Part shown: one piece after another, positions 57,483 to 64,000 of the stretch | How the letters are laid out: each line of letters opens with the position of its first letter | Numbering within the stretch: position 1 is the first letter of the stretch | DNA from: Paraspadella gotoi | Taxonomy: Eukaryota > Animalia > Chaetognatha | Assembly (NCBI GenBank): GCA_051294375.1 | Contig: CM119263.1 | Coordinates: forward strand, 30,192,224-30,256,223 | Direction: 5' to 3' | Length of the DNA stretch: 64,000 bases | Notes under the pieces: generated by a model | Databases searched by the model: none | The model's input: the letters and a program-made list of their open reading frames with translations, nothing else | Told to the model about the DNA's origin: nothing | Position numbers and translations under genes: made by a program

Positions 57483-60400
57483 TCCGCCAATTTTTGATCC
57501 GCCGTCGACCGCCGATGACGAGAGGAGGAGGAGGAGGAGGAGGAGGAAGAAGAGTAAGACGACGGCGACCTCTTCCATCGGATAATGTGAGGAGATTCAC
57601 GACGCCCAGACCCCGAGAGTCCGAGAATCTCTCGACTGGCTCGTTGAGTGTAGCCGCTGGAGCGAACCGGAGGATTTCGTCCAATGTCTCCTCTGGAGCT
57701 GATAGAATTGACTCCTCCGGTCTCGTCTCTGGAACTGACTGGAGTGGCTCCTCCGGCGTTGTCTCTATTGATGACCGGAGTGGATCGTCCAGTGTAGCCC
57801 GAGGTGGCTCGTCCATTCGAAGGTCGCATCTTCGGCGAAGAGGAGGAGGAGGAGCGAATCGAAGAGAAGGAATCTTTCGTCGAAAGTCTGTTGTCGTTGT
57901 TGTTGTTGTTGTTGTCTTTGACCCTTCCGCCCTTCCATTTCCGTCTTATTCCAACATATCGCGACCGCCTTATCGACCTCCTGAGTCACCTTACTCCGCG
58001 TCACGTATCGCGTCCTCTGACTTACCAGACATCATTCGCCCCTCGCTTGTATATGCGTCAACACAAGCAATATCCTCCAGATCCCGCAACGGCTTCGTCC
58101 TCGCCTTCTTCAGATCGCCTCTCATCCGCAACAACTTTTCAACGTACCATGCCAGTTCGCTGTGTATGCTTCCTATCTCCTCTCGGCTCTACGTGGAGTG
58201 AATGTGCATCACAGTTAGTGCCACGGCAGCTATCTCTGGTTTCTCCCTCCTCCGGTTCCTCCCTCCTCGCTCTCTACTATCCCCATCCTCCATCTCCTCC
58301 ACATCATTGGTCGGATACAGCGTAAGACGGTGAGGGAAGGAAAATAACGCAACCACAAAGGGAACTTCAACGATATATGAATGAACCATTCAAATCGGAT
58401 AAGACAGACGCGACGGATCAACGACGTCTACAGGCTTCATGCGGCGAGACGACATTTGCTACGTTTGCATTCGATTGTTCGCCTTGTTTTCGACATCTGC
58501 ATGGACAGGCTTAGGGCATTTCGAGTCGAGAGCATCTTCACTTTCGCTTTTCTCTCCATCGGCAGCGCCGATTTCGTGTGATTTAGAAAGACGAACGTAT
58601 CCTAACAAGTTCGTCTGGTTCCGCTTTGAGATTTAATCCTCACGATGAGAATCGTTGTTCGAAGGCGAAAAAGGTACCGCAGTATCCTCTGACATTCTGT
58701 CGGCGCACAGTCTCTTGATCGCGAGTGAACAAACACGATTTTCGGAAAGGAAAATAGTGGAGCTACGGTCGAATCTTATTCGAAAAACAAAAGCTCCACG
58801 ACGACAGATCAAACCTGTATGACCGGATGAACGGAAATCGTGATGATGGGACGTAGACACGATTGCGTTCGCCGATTAGGAATCGTGCGTCACAGTCGGA
58901 ATTGATTGCATCGATTCCGTTCTTGGAACTTGTGTTCAAAATGAGCTCGGCTTCCATCAATCGTTTCGCGTGGTTCGTCAGTTGGCGGATCGAGAGAAAC
59001 AGTTCCTTTCCTTCTCAAGTGTTCCCGTTGGCTTCCCCAGTCGGGCGCGTCTCCCGAAGGACTTTTGCGATTGTGTCTCGAAACGTCTGTTATAGGTCGT
59101 TTTTTCGAACTCCTGCAAATACGTTGTGTAAATAAGATTCCAAGTAGTAACATGTTTGCGCCATTCGTGCGAAATTTTTACCTGAAACTGATGAGATGAA
59201 TAAGTTTGCAAAAACGACTTATAACTGGTGGCTTTTGTCACAGCTTGAAAAAATTATGTTCATAGTAACTTAAAACCGAAGATTTGGAGTCCTTTTCTTT
59301 TATTTTTGATTTCTCTTTTTTCGTATGAAACTTTAAATACAGTTTTAAAAGTCTGTTTGTATTGAGGACTTCGTTTTTTCAAGGATGTTCCGTTAAATTA
59401 AAAAAAGTTTTTTAAAACTAAACCTGTTGGTACCAATGGGATATGCGAAAATAAATTCTGAATGAAATGTTTACTATTTATATTTATTTCATAACCGCGT
59501 CGGAGACTAGTTCAGTCATCTTCTAATCTGTGTGGGTATAAAGCGCAATCAAAACTATGGTGTATGTGAACGGTTGCATGGTCAGTTTTTAGCTTGTAAA
59601 TTTGGGTCTACAATTGAAGGTGATATAATGGTGTGAACTAGATATTCGTTTTCCACAGTTTTAAAATGTGAAAAGGCGGAAAACATTAGGCTAGATTAAA
59701 ACTCAAACTTAACATTTACATTTCATGCGTACGAAGCTCTTTAACAAAACTTAGAAGGACAGAAACAAGGTTAATCTCGCCTACCTAAATAAACTAACAA
59801 AATTTTAAGGATCAAGACGTCGGAGTGGGGAAAAAAGATATGACATAGAGATAGAGATAGAACCAGGCGTAGAGGCCAAAACACTGGGTGACGTTACACT
59901 CGCAGAGATATGCACTTCCAAACATGCGAGGGCCTTTTTTAAGCAGCGGTCATCCAAGTCGTGGAGGGCGGGATATAATCGGAAGCCCGCTGTGCTGGCC
60001 ATTTGCCTCTTTAGCTTCGTGCCACGGGTTTGAGTGTGCCTATGCACACGTCTAGGTAATTTCGGAGCGTCAGTGTGAATTAGCTGAGACTAGAAGTCAG
60101 TTACAAGGTAACACCCTCGTACTTACCATATTTCCAATTAGGTCCGGGACAAACTAAAGGCCGTTTGAGATATGGATGCTGGTGTAGCCTGCTGCCGGGT
60201 GATTCCCTGCGTTTCGCGCGCGATCTGCATAGGACGGTGCGGCAATGGACAGATGCTCAACCGAATGGGTTGAGCATGGAGACGGCTCGTCGAAGTCTTG
60301 CTCTTGAAGGTCTAGGCATTCAAGAGGTTTAACGCCTCGTGTGACTAATCACAAGAGAAACACGCGAGGAGCGGTTATAAGTTGTAGGCTTACTTACTTC

Positions 60401-61057
60401 GCTCAGTCAAGTGATACTTCGCGTCGGATGCTCCTCCTCCTTCCACGTTCAGGAAGTGGCGGGTGCCTTCCCCGTACTCAAATTAATGCGAGATGTCGGC
60501 GTGGTGGCCATCGCCAAGACCGGGCACCATTGACGGAGACAAGCGGATGTTCCCGATCCATCGGATATCAGTTTAATCTGCTTCGCGGCTTGAATCTGAA
60601 GAATAAAGTTTGTGGCTCCATTAAATAGTGAGAGAAACGGGAGATTAATTTTACTTCGCGCGGGTCGCTTTCCGCCATGTCGTCGAGGGGCAAAATATAT
60701 TTTTTGACCTGGTAGGAGGCGTTGTCCGTCCGAAGTTATATTTTTGGCGCTCGACCACGGCCTTCGTCCCGTTTTCGGCAAAGGGTTTGACTTCAACTCA
60801 GCGTCGCGTCCACTTGGGTTCAGAGACTGCAAACGAATATGCTACAAGGAATGCGGGAAAAAAAAGGTTTTTTCTTTCTTAAAGCAATTTACTTGGTTAG
60901 AGGCGCTTTTCTTGGGGTTCGCGGCTTCATCCACCAGGGGACCTTTTTAAACTGGTTAAGAACGTCTGCAACAATACTCTTGGCCTGTGCTCGGGTTTAG
61001 CTGTAAGAGAACAGTTTGTTTAGATGTAGCATTGGTATATTGCGAGGATGGAGTGTG
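57483..61057 (-). pseudogene. Possible decayed intron-containing gene or spliced lncRNA
   Basis: GC-richer blocks bounded by minus-strand GTAAGT donors (~60397, ~60126, ~58025) and pyrimidine-AG acceptors. Each longer block I translated has stops in every frame; an S/R-rich open stretch at 57483-57980 runs into an N gap. Confidence 0.3.
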
Positions 61058-62949
61058 ANNNNNNNNNNNNNNNNNNNNNNNNNGGGATATGGAGAAGAGG
61101 GGGAGGAGATGAGGACGACGACGAAGACGACGACGAAAACTTGAGACGAAACGAAGGAAAAATCTGAAAAAGAAAGAAAAAAAAAAAAGAAAGAAAAAGT
61201 TGATTAAATCGAAGGGAAAAGTTTTGAGAGGACACAAAATTAATAATTAAGAATTATTCTTAATATTCTTAACTTTTGTCAACATTATTTTTTTTATTAA
61301 CACCAAAAAAACTATTAAAAAAATCAGAAACAGTGACAGTGTAAAAGACTGAAAAATAAATAAACTAAACTATTAAAATGCAACAAAAACAAAAGACACT
61401 AACGTTTAAAATGGAATCAATAAAATGTTATGAAATTTATGAAAGTTTAAGAAATATAATGTTCAAAAACGCTTAACTTGATAAAACTTTTTTTTTAATA
61501 ACCAAAAACAGCTAATTGAGCAAAATAAAAATAAACAGTTTAGAATTTTTTTTTATTATTTTTTTTTATTATAACAAAAACGATATTAAGCCTTTATTCG
61601 AAATAATTATTTTTTTTTTTAATTAATACCAAAAGCAGTATAGTAGTCTAAATTTTTGAGAGAATAGATAGAATCTGTAAAATTTCAAAAAGTTTTAATT
61701 TTTATTTGACTTTTAAACTAAATTTTAGGAAATGAATTTTACAAAAATAATTCAACCAAACTAAAAAAAAGCCGTGAAATGAACATTTTAATAAAATGAC
61801 ATTTTAATTTTGTACCAAATTAACAACTAAAATAATTTTCAACTTACTGAATTTGAGATCCATTCAGTCGCAGGAAGACGAATTGACTGAAAGTATTAGT
61901 TCTTTCGCGATGGATTGACGCACAGTTCGGACTCTGACGTAAAGTAATTGAAGCTGACGCAAAGGATTGCGCCACCGAAGAAATAAGCTCAAAAGTTTGA
62001 CTTGATTGAATCAATCGAAAAGTTTAGTTTTTCGTTTCACCGGCAACATTTTTTTTTCTTTTTAGTTTGTTACGATTGAATTTTAATATTATCTTGTTTT
62101 TTTTTCAAGTTTTAAGTTTGACAAGTTTTTTTTCACTTTTTCACGATTTCACGATAAGTGAGACTTGAAATCTTCACAACTAAACTTCTCTTTTTTCGCT
62201 CGCGTTTTCCTTTTATTCTCCGCCGCCGCGGNNNNNNNNNNNNNNNNNNNNNNNNNNNNNNNNNNNNNNNNNNNNNNNNNNNNNNNNNNNNNNNNNNNNN
62301 NNNNNNNNNNNNNNNNNNNNNNNNNNNNNNNNNNNNNNNNNNNNNNNNNNNNNNNNNNNNNNNNNNNNNNNNNNNNNNNNNNNNNNNNNNNNNNNNNNNN
62401 NNNNNNNNNNNNNNNNNNNNNNNNNNNNNNNNNNNNNNNNNNNNNNNNNNNNNNNNNNNNNNNNNNNNNNNNNNNNNNNNNNNNNNNNNNNNNNNNNNNN
62501 NNNNNNNNNNNNNNNNNNNNNNNNNNNNNNNNNNNNNNNNNNNNNNNNNNNNNNNNNNNNNNNNNNNNNNNNNNNNNNNNNNNNNNNNNNNNNNNNNNNN
62601 NNNNNNNNNNNNNNNNNNNNNNNNNNNNNNNNNNNNNNNNNNNNNNNNNNNNNNNNNTTTTCCCCACTCTCCCCTCTCTATTTTCTTTCCTCTTCGTTTC
62701 ATTCTCAACCTATCTTCTTTACCCCTCTTCCTCCTTCTTTCCGAACCTCTTTTTTTTTGCTATCTCTCTCTCTCTGCCTTTTCCCCCTTACTTCTCTTCT
62801 CTCCCCTCACCTCTCTTTCCACCTCTCAACCTATCTTTTTTCCACTCTATCTCTCTCCTTCCCTTCCACCNNNNNNNNNNNNNNNNNNNNNNNNNNNNNN
62901 NNNNNNNNNNNNNNNNNNNNNNNNNNNNNNNNNNNNNNNNNNNNNNNNN

Positions 62950-62986
<37 letters not shown>

Positions 62987-64000
62987 ATACTCATCAATGT
63001 CTCTTCGTCTCTGTCTCTCAGTCACTCTGTCTCCGTCTTTTTTTATTTTATTCATCTTCCCCCTTCTACCCCTCCCTCTCTCCTGTCCCCAATTCGCTAG
63101 AAACTCCACGAAATTGAAAAAAGTTCTGAATAGTAAATAAAAACAATAATTTGTAAATTTATAAATAATTATCGTCAATGTAAATTAACAATACCATCGT
63201 TAAAACAATTTAGACGCTATACTTTAAGTTACCTTATTATTTTAACGATATTAATGTTGCTACATTCATAAGTAATAACCACAACAAATATAACACCTCT
63301 TTCTACAACCGGTGAGTTTGACCTTTGTCCTCCTCCTCCTCCTCCTCCTCCTCCTCCTCCTCCTATTTTTCCCATTTAATTTCATCCTCCAACGCAAAGG
63401 ACGACGACGACGACGACGACGACGACGAATCTGGAAAGACCTTCCTCACCTTTTGAACTTTGAACTTACCTTTTCGACTCACATCTTTCTCTTTCATCTT
63501 CATACATTTATAAAATGGCACTAAATTGTTATAAATGGCGTGAGACCGAAGTGTAACAAATGACTATTTCGCTCTTGCGTTAAAAATTCAAACCTGAAGA
63601 ACTGCTTTAGTATGTTAATTTATACGATGAAAAAGTTAATAAAAATATGATATTTACTACTTCATAATAGGAAAGCCTTAATCCAGAATAGCCTGTTCAA
63701 AATCAGGTGGCAAGATAGCTTAGTTACTTAATGACATTTAACTTTTTTTTAATTTTGGATGAAAATACTATCCAATGTCTCCTGCCTCACGTAAATTAAA
63801 TCAAACCCGAATCTAATAACCAATTGTTTTATATTCATTCCATTCAGAATCGTATTCACAGCTGAATCTTTTAAATCGATTTTCTTTTCGATTCGCATTC
63901 ATTTTACCTGCGGGGGATCGTCCGGATGATGACGACGACGATGACGATGACGACAATGACGAAGACGACGACAACGAAGACGACAACGAAGACGACAACG

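Noticed and set aside
57483-58960. TGF-beta-like prodomain (AELIL, FDLSSW, RHRR site)
   Set aside because: The fragments are in different frames with stops, and no cysteine-knot domain is visible.
62133-63178. Long ORFs near the window end
   Set aside because: They span N gaps and CT-rich tracts.

Overview
AT-rich eukaryotic (invertebrate animal-like) genomic DNA with short spliceosomal introns, abundant (GA)n/(CT)n microsatellites and several N gaps. From left to right it contains: a 5'-partial spliced Pro/Glu-rich membrane-protein gene; a 5'-truncated non-LTR retrotransposon RT (-); an intronless 2208-aa ORF (+) with the full architecture of a Polinton/adintovirus-type protein-primed family-B DNA polymerase but substituted catalytic motifs and a new N-terminus (NLS plus two SIM-like motifs); six tRNA genes; a two-exon GT10 fucosyltransferase (-) whose ATG exon lies between ~600-bp inverted repeats; a 13-exon nicotinic receptor alpha-type subunit (+) with an N-glycan-sequon insertion and Phe replacing both loop C tyrosines; a large disordered/coiled-coil gene (-); a non-catalytic SLC3A-like GH13 gene (+); a small Ig V-domain gene (-); an S1 protease with a chitin-binding domain (+); and a decayed coding-like region. 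Small elements include MITEs, a solo LTR, a degenerate hammerhead and minisatellites that duplicate splice sites. The best novelty candidate is the apparently domesticated, catalytically dead viral/transposon polymerase head-to-head with an intact RT frame. All calls come from reading by eye, with family consensus motifs recalled from memory; no searches were run.
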